Positions 35,519-45,439 of a stretch of DNA of 64,000 nt are shown piece by piece. The notes below the pieces were generated by a model. That model was given only the letters and a program-made list of their open reading frames with translations, made no database searches and had not been told where the DNA came from. Position numbers and translations under genes: made by a program. Position 1 is the first letter of the stretch, and each line of letters opens with the position of its first letter. Source of the DNA: Chitinophagales bacterium (GTDB taxonomy: Bacteria > Bacteroidota > Bacteroidia > Chitinophagales > BACL12); assembly GCA_019694895.1 (NCBI GenBank), contig JAIBBA010000002.1:5303-69302 (forward strand), given 5' to 3'.

Positions 35519-37006
35519 GTGCGCGCATTGAATCGTCTTGCCACCCAAACCGCCATCTATGGCATGAGTACCATTCTGGTGCGATTGCTCAATTATGTGC
35601 TGGCTCCCTTGCACACGCGCGTATTTACCAATCAGGCTGATTACGGTATCATCTCTGAAATGTATGCATATGTCACATTTTTAAATGTGGTTTGCATGTT
35701 TGGACTCGAAACGGCTTTTTTTCGTTTCGCCTCAAATAATAATCAAAATTCGCTCGACAAAAGAAGTGTTTTTGGCTCATCGCAAATATCATTGATCGTT
35801 TCTACAGCATTAATAACAGCTGCACTCTTATTTTCAAGTAATGATATTGCCTCCATGCTTGGATATCCGGGAAAGGGAATTTATGTTACATTTTTTGCAC
35901 TCATTATAGCATTCGATACATTAGTGAATATTCCTTTTGCCCGTTTGCGACTGGAAGGAAGGCCCTGGCGATATTTTGCAATTAAATTGACGAATATCAT
36001 TATCAATGTTTCATTCAATTTCTTTTTCCTTTTACCGGCACTGAGAAATAATTATGACATGTTTTCCGGAATAGGATACACCTATGATCCTGATTATGGC
36101 GTTGCTTATGTATTTCTAGCCAATCTAATTGCTAGTGCTATCACTTTCGCCATATTTATTCCTGGCATGTTGTCATTGAAATTCGATGTACAAGTATGGA
36201 AAAAATTGATGGCGTATGGATTGCCTTTGATCATCATCGGTCTTGCGGGAATGATCAATGAAACTCTAGATAGAGTGCTCATTAAATATTGGGGTTCAGG
36301 CACAATAGAAGAGAACCTGAAACAAGTGGGTATATACAGCGCCGTGTATAAGTTATCGATCTTTATGACGCTTGCGGTGCAAGGGTTTCGGATGGGAGCA
36401 GAGCCCTTTTTCTTTAGCCAGTCGGCAGAAAAAAATGCGCCTTCTTTATATGCGTTGATCATGCGCTATTTTGTTATTGCATGCTGCCTGATATTTTTGG
36501 GTGTAGGAATGTTTCCCGACTTATTTAAAATTATCATCGGCTCCGAATATCACTCCGGATTACACATCGTTCCGATATTATTATTGGCACAACTTTTTTT
36601 GGGAATTTATTACAATCAAAGTGTATGGTATAAGCTTACCGATAAAACGTCTTTTGCAACAATAATCCCCGTAGCCGGTGCACTCATTACACTGGGCATG
36701 AATTTAATTCTGATACCCAAATTCGGATATACCGGTGCAGCTTGGTCAACTTTTGCGTGTTATTTAAGTATGGTGGTGATGAGTCATATCATTGGACAGA
36801 AACATTATCACGTGCCCTATAATTTGCGAAAAATAATTACCTACATTGTAGTTTCTGTTATACTGTGCTACTCTGGATTATTACTTATGTCGGCAACAGA
36901 AAATATTGTCGTCACCATTATTGTAAGAAGCTGTTTATTCGGACTATTTGTCGCCTTTGCATGGTGGCTTGATCTGAGTAAACTTTTGAGAAGAAATAAA
37001 TCTTAA
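35519..37006 (+). CDS. Wzx/MOP-superfamily polysaccharide flippase-like membrane protein, 495 aa
   Basis: About 12-14 TM helices. The N-terminus [30 protein letters not shown] is typical of oligosaccharide flippases. The listed start is a GTG, and an in-frame ATG lies 14 codons downstream. Confidence 0.8.
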   Translation: MRALNRLATQTAIYGMSTILVRLLNYVLAPLHTRVFTNQADYGIISEMYAYVTFLNVVCMFGLETAFFRFASNNNQNSLDKRSVFGSSQISLIVSTALITAALLFSSNDIASMLGYPGKGIYVTFFALIIAFDTLVNIPFARLRLEGRPWRYFAIKLTNIIINVSFNFFFLLPALRNNYDMFSGIGYTYDPDYGVAYVFLANLIASAITFAIFIPGMLSLKFDVQVWKKLMAYGLPLIIIGLAGMINETLDRVLIKYWGSGTIEENLKQVGIYSAVYKLSIFMTLAVQGFRMGAEPFFFSQSAEKNAPSLYALIMRYFVIACCLIFLGVGMFPDLFKIIIGSEYHSGLHIVPILLLAQLFLGIYYNQSVWYKLTDKTSFATIIPVAGALITLGMNLILIPKFGYTGAAWSTFACYLSMVVMSHIIGQKHYHVPYNLRKIITYIVVSVILCYSGLLLMSATENIVVTIIVRSCLFGLFVAFAWWLDLSKLLRRNKS

Positions 37007-37014
37007 TATTATTC

Positions 37015-37443
37015 ATGTTGATTAAAATCGTCAATACATCAAATAACCCCGATCCGACTTATGCCACTGCGCACGCTGCCGGTATGGACATACGGGCTTT
37101 TGTAGATGCACCGGTTACCATACTGCCTATGCAGCGCACCCTGATTCCAACCGGATTATTTATAGAGCTGCCTGAAGGATATGAGGCTCAAATACGCCCC
37201 AGGAGCGGATTGGCTATAAACAGTGGCATCACTATGCTCAATACCCCCGGCACTATTGATGCTGATTACCGTGGTGAAATAAAGGTGATTGTAATTAATC
37301 TGGGAGATGCCCCTTTTATCGTTAATTCGGGCGATAGGATAGCTCAAATGGTCATTGCGAAATACGAATCTGTTACCTGGGTGAATACAGACAAGCTTTC
37401 TGAGTCGGAACGCGGTGCAGGCGGGTTTGGCCACACCGGATAA
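37015..37443 (+). CDS. dut: dUTP diphosphatase, 142 aa
   Basis: [25 protein letters not shown] and a C-terminal [10 protein letters not shown]. Confidence 0.95.
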   Translation: MLIKIVNTSNNPDPTYATAHAAGMDIRAFVDAPVTILPMQRTLIPTGLFIELPEGYEAQIRPRSGLAINSGITMLNTPGTIDADYRGEIKVIVINLGDAPFIVNSGDRIAQMVIAKYESVTWVNTDKLSESERGAGGFGHTG

Positions 37444-37515
37444 GTAAACTCCTTGTTGTCAATTCAGCATCCACATGATTCATCATTATCTTTACCACTC
37501 AATTTTAATAGTACA

Positions 37516-38520
37516 ATGAACATCATCATTCCAATGGCCGGCATGGGAAAACGCATGCGACCACATACCTTAACTGTTCCTAAACCATTGATTCCTGTCG
37601 CCGGAAAGCCAATTGTGCAGCGACTTGTAGAAGATATAGCCCACACAACCGACGAAAAAATCGACAACATAGCCTTTGTTGTGGGTCGATTTGGCAAGGA
37701 AGTTGAGGATATGCTGGTAGGCATAGCTGCGAAATTGGGTGCAAAGGGTCATATCTGTTATCAGGATGAGCCTCTTGGAACGGCACATGCCATTATGTGT
37801 GCTAAAGATTATGTGACAGGACCTACCATCATTGCATTTGCCGATACCTTGTTTAAAACAAACCTGAAAATAGATACTACCATTGACGGTATCATTTGGG
37901 TGAATAAAGTAGAAAACTGGAAAATGTTTGGAGTGGTTGAAATGAATGCCGATGGTTATATCACCAATTTTGTTGAAAAACCGGATCATTACGTTTCCGA
38001 TCTGGCAATCATTGGCGTGTATTATGTGAAAGATGGCGATTTGCTGAGGAATGAAATGCAGTATCTGCTCGATAATAATATCCGTGAAAAAGGAGAATAT
38101 CAGCTTACCAATGCTTTGGAGTCGATGAAACAAAAGGGATATCGCTTCAGCCCCGGAAAAGTTGACGAATGGCTCGATTGTGGAAATAAAGATGCTACCG
38201 TTTACACCAATCAGCGTGTGCTGGAGTTGAAAAAGGATACAGAAACATTGATCTCTCCCTCAGCGAAACTGATCAATAGCGTTGTAATAGAACCTTGCTA
38301 TATCGGAGAAGGTGCAGTTATTGAAAACGCTGTGATCGGGCCGCATGCATCTATTGGCAAAAATGCGGTTGTTAAAAATGCGTTAATACGCAATTCCATT
38401 GTGCAACAATCAGTTAGTATCACCGACAAGTGTATCGCCAATTCAATGGTGGGAAGTTTTGCTGTTATTAGTGGAACACCTGATGACCTGAGTGTGAGCG
38501 ATTACAGTACTATGGCATGA
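37516..38520 (+). CDS. Sugar-phosphate nucleotidyltransferase with a C-terminal left-handed beta-helix, 334 aa
   Basis: MNIIIPMAGMGKRMRPHTLTVPKPLIPVAGKPIV (G-loop) and C-terminal hexapeptide-like repeats (VIENAVIGPHASIGKNAVVKNALIRNSIV). The listed TTG at 37453 was replaced by the ATG at 37516. Confidence 0.85.
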   Translation: MNIIIPMAGMGKRMRPHTLTVPKPLIPVAGKPIVQRLVEDIAHTTDEKIDNIAFVVGRFGKEVEDMLVGIAAKLGAKGHICYQDEPLGTAHAIMCAKDYVTGPTIIAFADTLFKTNLKIDTTIDGIIWVNKVENWKMFGVVEMNADGYITNFVEKPDHYVSDLAIIGVYYVKDGDLLRNEMQYLLDNNIREKGEYQLTNALESMKQKGYRFSPGKVDEWLDCGNKDATVYTNQRVLELKKDTETLISPSAKLINSVVIEPCYIGEGAVIENAVIGPHASIGKNAVVKNALIRNSIVQQSVSITDKCIANSMVGSFAVISGTPDDLSVSDYSTMA

Positions 38521-40286
38521 GAAAAAAATTACGACTTCAAATTGGATTATGCGCGTTAACCTTGATGTTTCTTGCGGCTTGCAACGGGCCTAAAGAAGCA
38601 CAACAACAAACGGGAAGCGTCGTAAATGTCGGGTCCTCTGCATCGCGACCAAAAAAAGGAATTGATACTGCTGAACTCGAGCGTCAGTATATTGATGCAT
38701 GTAAGTTTGTTGCTCTTGAAGATTATAATAAGGCCGTTGATATTTTTAATAATATCGTAAAGATAGATCCGAATAATGCACCGGCAATGTATCAACTCGG
38801 TAAAATCTTTGCCAATCACGGACAAATTGGAGATGCATTAGCATATAGCGAAAAAGCAGCTTCCATCGACCCCGGAAATCGCGACTATCAACAGCAATAT
38901 GCCGGAATATTGCAATATAGCGGTCAGGGAAGAAAAGCTGTTGATGTGTATCTCGGCATGATCAAAAATGAAATTGGCGATGAGGATACTTATTACCAAT
39001 TAGCCGCAACGTATGAAAAATTAGGCGACAGGCAACAGGCTGTTTCTACGCTACTTGATCTGCACAAAATAATTGGCGATGATGAACAGGTAATGTTTGA
39101 AATTCAGCGACTGTATGCAGCTGTTGAACAATACAATAATGCCATTTCCTGGTTGCAAAAACTCATTAAACAAAATCCGGACAATACACTCTATTTGCGA
39201 TATCTGAGTGACTATTACGACAGAAATGGTCAACCTGAATTAGCAGAAAAGACATTTAATGATTTGCTAGCTATCGACCCATCCAATACCGATTTTCAGT
39301 TCAGGAAGGCCTCTATGCAGCAAAAAGCAGGAGAGTATGCTGATTATGTGAATACGATGAATAATGCCTTTGCTAACCCGGATGGAAATATTGACACCAA
39401 AATATTTTATCTGGTACTTTTTATAGATTCGATTGGCAGGCCTGAATTCAAAACAAAGGATTTAGTGTTTAATTGGTCGAAACTGCTCGTAGAAGCACAT
39501 CCTGATGATGCAAAATCATATGCAATGCGAGGAGATTTCCTTTATTACGATGAGCAATTACAGTCGGCCGCAAATGTGTACAATAAATCCATTGCCTTGC
39601 GCAACGATGTTTATGATGTGTGGTTGAAATTGTTTTACATTTATTCCGACTTGCATAAAAGTGATTCGTTGGCATTGGTTTCCAATATGGCGATTGAACT
39701 ATATCCGAACCAACCGCTGAGTTATTATTTTGCAGGCATTGCTGCAAATCAACAGGATAAATTTGAAGATGCCGTAAAAGTACTTAGACGTGGATTGCCG
39801 CTTACTATCTCGAATATCGACTTAAGATCCGGTATGTTTTCCGCACTTGGTGATGCATATAATGAACTGAAAAAGTACCCGGAATCCGATGACTCATTCG
39901 AGAATGCATTAAACCTCAATCCTAATGATGTTTATGCCTTGAATAATTATGCATATTATTTATCGCTGAGAAAAGAAAAACTCGAAAGAGCTGCAGAACT
40001 GGCAAAAAAAGCCACAACATTGCAGCCTGAGAATCCATCTTTCCTGGATACTTATGGATGGGTTTTATATCAGCAAGGAGATTATAAAAATGCAGCTGCA
40101 TGGATTGAAAAAGCCATGCAGAAGGGTGGTGATAAAAGTGGCACGGTTATAGAACATTATGGCGATATCCAATATCGCTTGGGTAATGAGGCTAAGGCGA
40201 TGGAATATTGGAAGAAAGCTAAAGCAGCAGGTGATGCTTCAGATATGTTGGACAAAAAAATCAATGATAATAAGTTGTATGAATAA
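38517..40286 (+). CDS. TPR-repeat lipoprotein, 589 aa
   Basis: Lipobox LAAC, with many TPR units throughout. The ATG overlaps the upstream TGA (ATGA). Confidence 0.85.
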   Translation: MRKKLRLQIGLCALTLMFLAACNGPKEAQQQTGSVVNVGSSASRPKKGIDTAELERQYIDACKFVALEDYNKAVDIFNNIVKIDPNNAPAMYQLGKIFANHGQIGDALAYSEKAASIDPGNRDYQQQYAGILQYSGQGRKAVDVYLGMIKNEIGDEDTYYQLAATYEKLGDRQQAVSTLLDLHKIIGDDEQVMFEIQRLYAAVEQYNNAISWLQKLIKQNPDNTLYLRYLSDYYDRNGQPELAEKTFNDLLAIDPSNTDFQFRKASMQQKAGEYADYVNTMNNAFANPDGNIDTKIFYLVLFIDSIGRPEFKTKDLVFNWSKLLVEAHPDDAKSYAMRGDFLYYDEQLQSAANVYNKSIALRNDVYDVWLKLFYIYSDLHKSDSLALVSNMAIELYPNQPLSYYFAGIAANQQDKFEDAVKVLRRGLPLTISNIDLRSGMFSALGDAYNELKKYPESDDSFENALNLNPNDVYALNNYAYYLSLRKEKLERAAELAKKATTLQPENPSFLDTYGWVLYQQGDYKNAAAWIEKAMQKGGDKSGTVIEHYGDIQYRLGNEAKAMEYWKKAKAAGDASDMLDKKINDNKLYE

Positions 40287-41031
40287 AAATGCATATTTCA
40301 TATTATTGATTGCAACTTTCTCGCTTTCTGCTTGCGGCACATCACATGCGCTTTTTAGTGGAAAAATTAAACCAATGACTGCCGAAGAGTTGGATAAAGA
40401 ACTGCGCAGTCAGCTTATTCAATTCGAAACATTTTCTTCTAAAGCTAAAATTGACCTTCAATCAAATCAAGGAAACCAAAGTTTTTCAGCGTCTATAGAT
40501 ATTCGTCGCGATTCACTGATCGGCATTTCCTTGCGTTTTTTAGGTGTTGAAGGCGCCCGCATCCGCATCACCCCCGATTCTATAGAGATCCTTGACAGGC
40601 TGAATCAGGAATATCTTCCGAGAGATTACACTTTTTTGCGCGACAGCCTGAATCTGGACCTCAATTTCAGCGATCTGCAAAATCTTATCATCGGCAACCC
40701 GGTAATGTACGATAGCACAACACTTGAAACCGTTGAGAGTGAAGAGTTTTATATACTAAATGCCTCCAAAGGTGTGTATAAGAACCAACTTTCTATGGCT
40801 GCCGATTTCAGTATCGTCCGTATGTTTATCCAGGATTTGTATGCCCGACGCAACCTGACACTGTTGTATGCCGAATACGATAAAGTTAATGGAAAGCGTT
40901 TTGCATTAAACAGAAATATTAAACTGGATGCTCGCGAAGATCTTACAGCCGATGTCGTTTTTACGAATGTCGAATTCGATGCCCCTTTCGAATTCAGCTT
41001 CTCTGTCAACAGTAAATACAAGGTCAACTGA
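40279..41031 (+). CDS. DUF4292 (LolB-like) lipoprotein, 250 aa
   Basis: MNKNAYFILLIATFSLSACG lipobox. The ATG at 40279 overlaps the TPR gene stop (ATGAATAA). A beta-rich LolB-like pattern follows (FSSKAKIDLQSNQGNQSFSASIDIRRDS). Confidence 0.8.
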   Translation: MNKNAYFILLIATFSLSACGTSHALFSGKIKPMTAEELDKELRSQLIQFETFSSKAKIDLQSNQGNQSFSASIDIRRDSLIGISLRFLGVEGARIRITPDSIEILDRLNQEYLPRDYTFLRDSLNLDLNFSDLQNLIIGNPVMYDSTTLETVESEEFYILNASKGVYKNQLSMAADFSIVRMFIQDLYARRNLTLLYAEYDKVNGKRFALNRNIKLDAREDLTADVVFTNVEFDAPFEFSFSVNSKYKVN

Positions 41032-42382
41032 AAAGGGCGGGATCTTACCTATTATTAAAATTTCTTTGGTTTGTATTGCTTTATCGGTGAGTTTGTCGTT
41101 GCAGGCGCAAACACAGGATAAAAACGCTCTTCAAAATAAATACAATAAACTGCAGGACGAAATCAAAGATGCTGAAGAGCTGCTCGACAATACCAAGCAA
41201 AAAAAGGAAAACTCACTCAACGAATTAAAACTGCTCAACCGCAAAATAGATATGCGCGAGCAGGTCATCAACAATATTGCTGCGCAAGTTGATGGTGTTA
41301 ATGCTGAGCTCACAACTACCAACAAGGCCATCACTGCAATGCAGGCGGATATTGTGGAGTTGAAAAGCCAATACGCGAAAATGGTGTATTACACTTATGT
41401 GAATGATCAGGATTATAAGCCATTGCATTTTATTTTTTCTGCAGAAAGTATCAATGATGCATTTCAAAGAGTGCATTATGTGCGTTCATTTCATGGATAT
41501 CGAAAAGATCAAATTGGGGCAATAGAGGAAATATCTGAAAGCCTACAGAACAAAATCGCTCAGATTGAAAAAGAGAAAAATGAAAAGGAATCTTTGTTGA
41601 CAAAGGAGGAGCAACAGAAAAAGAAACTGGATGATGAAAAGGCGAAAAAAGATCAAGCCGTGAAGAAATTGCAGACGCAAGAGAAAGATCTGAAAAAACA
41701 AATTGAAAAAAAGAAAAAAGACGCTGTTGGATTAAAAAATAAAATTCAGGCCATCATTGCTGAAGAGATAAAAAAGGAGAAGGAACGTGCCGCTCAGGAA
41801 GCTGCAAAGCAAAAGGAACTGGAGGCCAAAAAGTTAGCCGAATCAAATAAGACCGGAACTACTCCTACCACAAATTCAGGAAGTACTTCAAATGCAAAAA
41901 CCACCAATGCCGAAAAGCCTGCAGCAGAAAAAGTTAATCTCGGTTTAACACCGGAGATGCAATTGATTTCGAAAAATTTTGAAGGCAATAAAGGCAAACT
42001 TCCCTGGCCGGTTGAACGAGGCACCATTACTGAGCGTTTTGGTAAACATGAACATCCTGTCCTCAAAGATGTCATAGTTGAAAATAATGGGATTGATATC
42101 GCCACCGCTGAAGGGGCTACAGTACGAAGTATTTTTGATGGCGAAGTGGTAAATGTGATCTTCAATCCGTCGTTCCAAAAGGGTGTGATTATAAAACACG
42201 GCGAATTTTATTCGGTTTATACCAATTTGTCGGATGTCACCGTAAAGGCGGGCGATAAAGTTTCTACAAAGCAAAAGATAGGCATAGCCTGGGAAGATCC
42301 GGAGGAAGGAAAAACAGAGGTGCATCTCGAGATCTGGAAAAACACCGTAATCCTTGACCCTTCACTCTGGATTTCTAAATGA
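40979..42382 (+). CDS. M23 peptidase / EnvC-like murein hydrolase activator with a long coiled coil; start uncertain
   Basis: Signal-like segment ISLVCIALSVSLSLQAQ, then coiled coil. The C-terminal LytM domain reads PVERGTITERFGKHEHPVLKDV...NNGIDIATAEGATVRSIFDGEV...HLEIWK. No ATG lies downstream of the upstream gene's stop. Confidence 0.8.
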   Translation: MPLSNSASLSTVNTRSTEKGGILPIIKISLVCIALSVSLSLQAQTQDKNALQNKYNKLQDEIKDAEELLDNTKQKKENSLNELKLLNRKIDMREQVINNIAAQVDGVNAELTTTNKAITAMQADIVELKSQYAKMVYYTYVNDQDYKPLHFIFSAESINDAFQRVHYVRSFHGYRKDQIGAIEEISESLQNKIAQIEKEKNEKESLLTKEEQQKKKLDDEKAKKDQAVKKLQTQEKDLKKQIEKKKKDAVGLKNKIQAIIAEEIKKEKERAAQEAAKQKELEAKKLAESNKTGTTPTTNSGSTSNAKTTNAEKPAAEKVNLGLTPEMQLISKNFEGNKGKLPWPVERGTITERFGKHEHPVLKDVIVENNGIDIATAEGATVRSIFDGEVVNVIFNPSFQKGVIIKHGEFYSVYTNLSDVTVKAGDKVSTKQKIGIAWEDPEEGKTEVHLEIWKNTVILDPSLWISK

Positions 42383-42498
42383 CATTGGTATAGCTGAAAG
42401 GCCTGATGTGACTATTTCCTACATGTGTTGATCATATTCTGCATCTCGGAAATCCTTTGCCTTACTCAATCTGAATGCTCATTCATTATCTTTGCAGC

Positions 42499-44040
42499 AT
42501 GATTGCGAATGATGCCGAGAAATTTAAAAAGGTAGTGAGCCATGCCAAGGAATATGGCTTTGTGTTCCCTTCCAGCGAAATTTACGATGGCCTGAGTGCC
42601 GTTTATGATTATGGTCCGTACGGTGCCCTGCTGAAAAACAATATCAAAGAATATTGGTGGAAGGCTATGGTGCAAATGCACGAAAATATAGTCGGACTCG
42701 ACGCAGCAATACTCATGCATCCAACCACCTGGAAGGCTAGTGGTCACGTTGATGCTTTCAGCGATCCGCTTATCGATAATAAAGATTCAAAAAGACGCTA
42801 TCGCGCCGATAATCTTATTGAAGAATATCTTGCCAAACAAGATGATAAAATCAATAAGGAAGTAGAAAAGGCACGCAAACGTTTTGAAAATTTTGACGAA
42901 GCCATGTTCCGCTCCACAAACGGAAGGGTGTTGGAAATTACACAAAAACGTGAAGAGGTGCACGCTCGCTTTGTAAAAGCAATGCAAGATGGCGATCTCA
43001 CAGAGATGAAGCAGATCATCATAGACTGCGATATTGTAGATCCGGAATCAGGTAGCAGAAATTGGACGGATGTGCGTCAGTTTAATCTGATGTTCTCTAC
43101 TAAATTAGGATCATTAGCCGAAGATGCGGATATCATTTATATGCGTCCTGAAACAGCGCAAGGTATTTTTGTGAATTTCCTGAATGTTCAAAAAACCACG
43201 CGCCAAAAAATTCCATTCGGTATTGCTCAAATTGGAAAAGCATTCAGAAATGAAATCGTGGCACGTCAATTTATTTTCCGCATGCGCGAATTTGAACAAA
43301 TGGAAATGCAGTTCTTTGTTCGCCCGGGTGAAGAATTGAAAGTATACGATTATTGGAAGCAAACCCGCATGAAATGGCATCGAGCATTGGGCACTGATGC
43401 CGCTATGTTGCGCTTCCACGATCATGATAAACTTGCACATTATGCAAACGCCGCTGTTGATATCGAATTTAATTTCCCATTCGGATTTAAAGAGCTGGAA
43501 GGAATTCATTCGCGCACCGATTACGATCTTGGTCGCCATTCAGAATTCTCAGGTAAAAAGATGCAGTATTTCGATAGCGAGCTAAACGAGAGTTACGTTC
43601 CTTACGTGGTAGAAACGAGCATCGGTTGCGATCGCATGTTTTTGGCGATGTTGTGCAATGCCTACGATGAAGAACAGGTGAACGACGGCATGCGTTCGGT
43701 ATTGCGACTTCCGGCAGCACTGGCTCCTGTTAAGGTTGCCGTATTGCCATTGATGAAAAAGGATGGTCTTCCCGAAAAGGCACTTGAAATATTTAATGAC
43801 CTTCGATATCGTCATCAGTGTTATTATGAAGAAAAAGATAGTATCGGAAAACGATACCGTCGGATGGATGCCATCGGAACGCCGTATTGTATTACCATAG
43901 ATCATCAAACTTTGACCGATAACACGGTTACTATCCGTGAACGTGATAGCATGGAACAGGTGCGTATTCATATTGAGGACGTAGCAAAGGTCGTATCCGA
44001 AAAAGTAGATATGAATAATGTGCTGCGAACCTTAGTATAA
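42499..44040 (+). CDS. glyQS: Glycine--tRNA ligase (alpha2 homodimeric type), 513 aa
   Basis: GFVFPSSEIYDGLSAVYDYGPYG, RPETAQGIFVNF, FRNEI(V)ARQFIFRMREFEQMEMQFF and an anticodon-binding C-terminus. Confidence 0.95.
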   Translation: MIANDAEKFKKVVSHAKEYGFVFPSSEIYDGLSAVYDYGPYGALLKNNIKEYWWKAMVQMHENIVGLDAAILMHPTTWKASGHVDAFSDPLIDNKDSKRRYRADNLIEEYLAKQDDKINKEVEKARKRFENFDEAMFRSTNGRVLEITQKREEVHARFVKAMQDGDLTEMKQIIIDCDIVDPESGSRNWTDVRQFNLMFSTKLGSLAEDADIIYMRPETAQGIFVNFLNVQKTTRQKIPFGIAQIGKAFRNEIVARQFIFRMREFEQMEMQFFVRPGEELKVYDYWKQTRMKWHRALGTDAAMLRFHDHDKLAHYANAAVDIEFNFPFGFKELEGIHSRTDYDLGRHSEFSGKKMQYFDSELNESYVPYVVETSIGCDRMFLAMLCNAYDEEQVNDGMRSVLRLPAALAPVKVAVLPLMKKDGLPEKALEIFNDLRYRHQCYYEEKDSIGKRYRRMDAIGTPYCITIDHQTLTDNTVTIRERDSMEQVRIHIEDVAKVVSEKVDMNNVLRTLV

Positions 44041-44063
44041 CATGTTTGCTGAATTAATTTTCC

Positions 44064-44089
44064 GGATCCTGAAAAGGATCCTTTTTTTT
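44064..44089 (+). terminator. Rho-independent terminator of glyQS
   Basis: GGATCCT(gaaa)AGGATCC: a 7-bp stem with a tetraloop, followed by T8 (44082-44089). Confidence 0.8.
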
Positions 44090-44179
44090 GTCCCTTATCG
44101 GCGTTGAAGAGCGTTTAATGATTATTACGCAGTTATGACGGGTATTATCAAATTAAGTAGTAATATCGTGGTGCATTCT

Positions 44180-44572
44180 ATGAAAAGGTGTCTTCCTGTA
44201 ATGTTATTGTCATGTATGCTCGCAGTCGTTTCTTGCGATGAAGAACCTATTTATGAAGATTTGAATGGCTCCGAAAACTTGAATAGAACCATTAAATTTG
44301 ACGTATCTCATGTATATGCTACCAGCCCTTATTCTGATAGCACTGTAGCAGGGGCAACCATAAAAATATATGCCCAATTTGAAGATTTATTGACAGATTA
44401 TTATCCCGATGCAAGCCGCATTACGGACTCACTGGGTCATGCTGAAATAAATGGATTGGATGAGGATATGTATTATATCAAATGCACACATCCTACCCTC
44501 GGCGAGTTGATTGATTCTGTTACTACTCCCGCTTATACTACTTCCTTTGTTGAATTGATTTATTTCATGTAA
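44180..44572 (+). CDS. Hypothetical small lipoprotein, 130 aa
   Basis: MKRCLPVMLLSCMLAVVSC lipobox. No family was recognised. It is flanked by terminators on both sides. Confidence 0.6.
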   Translation: MKRCLPVMLLSCMLAVVSCDEEPIYEDLNGSENLNRTIKFDVSHVYATSPYSDSTVAGATIKIYAQFEDLLTDYYPDASRITDSLGHAEINGLDEDMYYIKCTHPTLGELIDSVTTPAYTTSFVELIYFM

Positions 44573-44577
44573 AAAAA

Positions 44578-44604
44578 ATCGCCGATTGCATAACAACCGG
44601 CGAT
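44578..44604. terminator. Bidirectional hairpin terminator between convergent genes
   Basis: ATCGCCG(attgcataacaac)CGGCGAT, flanked by an A-run upstream and T-containing sequence downstream. It sits between the stops at 44572 (+) and 44625 (-). Confidence 0.6.
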
Positions 44605-44624
44605 CTTAAATGAATTAGTGTCAG

Positions 44625-45236
44625 TTATTTTGTAGCAACGTTTTCGAAAGGAATATCCAATTGCAATTTTTCCCAGTTCAATCTGATAATTCCACTGCCG
44701 GCATTTTCACCTGCTATAACTTCAAATTTGAGTGATTCGGTAAGTGTTTCGGTCATAGTAGGTTTTACATTCACTCGCAAAGCATCTTCCGACTGATCAT
44801 ACTTGAATGCTCCCCACTGGGTCTCATTGAAATTGAAAATTACTACCCATTCTCCCTCTCCGGGAATTGTGAAAAGAGAATAAGTGTCCTTCGCCAAAGG
44901 TTGCCCGAGAATGGTTACATCCTGTGTAAATGAAATGGTAGTGGCCTCATTGGCTCCCGTGCGCCAAACTTCATTGTAAGGCACCAACGCATTCCAGATC
45001 TGACGACCTTTTACACTCGGTGAACTGTAATTGATGGTGACGGTATTTTCACCAATATTTGCCGTAGCGGTTGCAGGTGGACTGACGCGGTTTTCTTTGT
45101 TCGTCATTTCTTCCTTGCGCTTTTCTTTGATTGCATCCTGCGATGAATTTTCACAGGCGCCCAGGAATAAGCTTCCTGCGAGTAAGATGGTTGCAAATTT
45201 TCCGGTCGTTATCATATTGGTTAGTTTCGAAGGCAA
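44625..45236 (-). CDS. DUF2911-family exported protein, 203 aa
   Basis: A signal/lipoprotein-like N-terminus (LAGSLFLGAC). The core INYSSPSVKGRQIWNALVPYNEVWRTGANEATTISF is characteristic of DUF2911. Confidence 0.8.
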   Translation of the reverse strand: MPSKLTNMITTGKFATILLAGSLFLGACENSSQDAIKEKRKEEMTNKENRVSPPATATANIGENTVTINYSSPSVKGRQIWNALVPYNEVWRTGANEATTISFTQDVTILGQPLAKDTYSLFTIPGEGEWVVIFNFNETQWGAFKYDQSEDALRVNVKPTMTETLTESLKFEVIAGENAGSGIIRLNWEKLQLDIPFENVATK

Positions 45237-45252
45237 AGATACGCAAACATAG

Positions 45253-45417
45253 CTATAGCTTGATCAGCCTGCCGGCCAGATAGGCACCAATTGCAGAAAT
45301 GACTGTCAGTAGCAACGATACCCAAACCGGCCAGTTGAGAAAGCTGTAGATCAGTAATATGATCACCATAAATACCGATGCTACTAACAATACTTGTATG
45401 AAATCGCCTTTATCCAA
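45253..45417 (-). CDS. Candidate unlisted small membrane protein (54 aa from a TTG, or 38 aa from an internal ATG)
   Basis: Read by hand on the minus strand: (L/M)DKGDFIQVLLVASVFMVIILLIYSFLNWPVWVSLLLTVISAIGAYLAGRLIKL*, which looks like two TM helices. It is bounded upstream by an in-frame TAA. It lies 22 nt after arsM and 16 nt before the DUF2911 gene. It is below the 60-aa cutoff of the ORF track. Confidence 0.3.
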   Translation of the reverse strand: MDKGDFIQVLLVASVFMVIILLIYSFLNWPVWVSLLLTVISAIGAYLAGRLIKL

Positions 45418-45439
45418 GGTTTTTGAACTGTATTAGATT

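Noticed and set aside
37570-38133. A 187-aa antisense ORF inside the nucleotidyltransferase gene.
   Set aside because: It is fully embedded opposite a gene with clear family motifs (G-loop and hexapeptide repeats). It has no recognisable motifs or signal of its own.
42456-42494. TATCTTTG (42487-42494), 4 nt before the glyQS ATG, as a -7 box implying a leaderless mRNA.
   Set aside because: The nearest upstream TTTG (42456-42459) is 27 nt away, well outside the usual ~19-21-nt spacing, so the match may be fortuitous.
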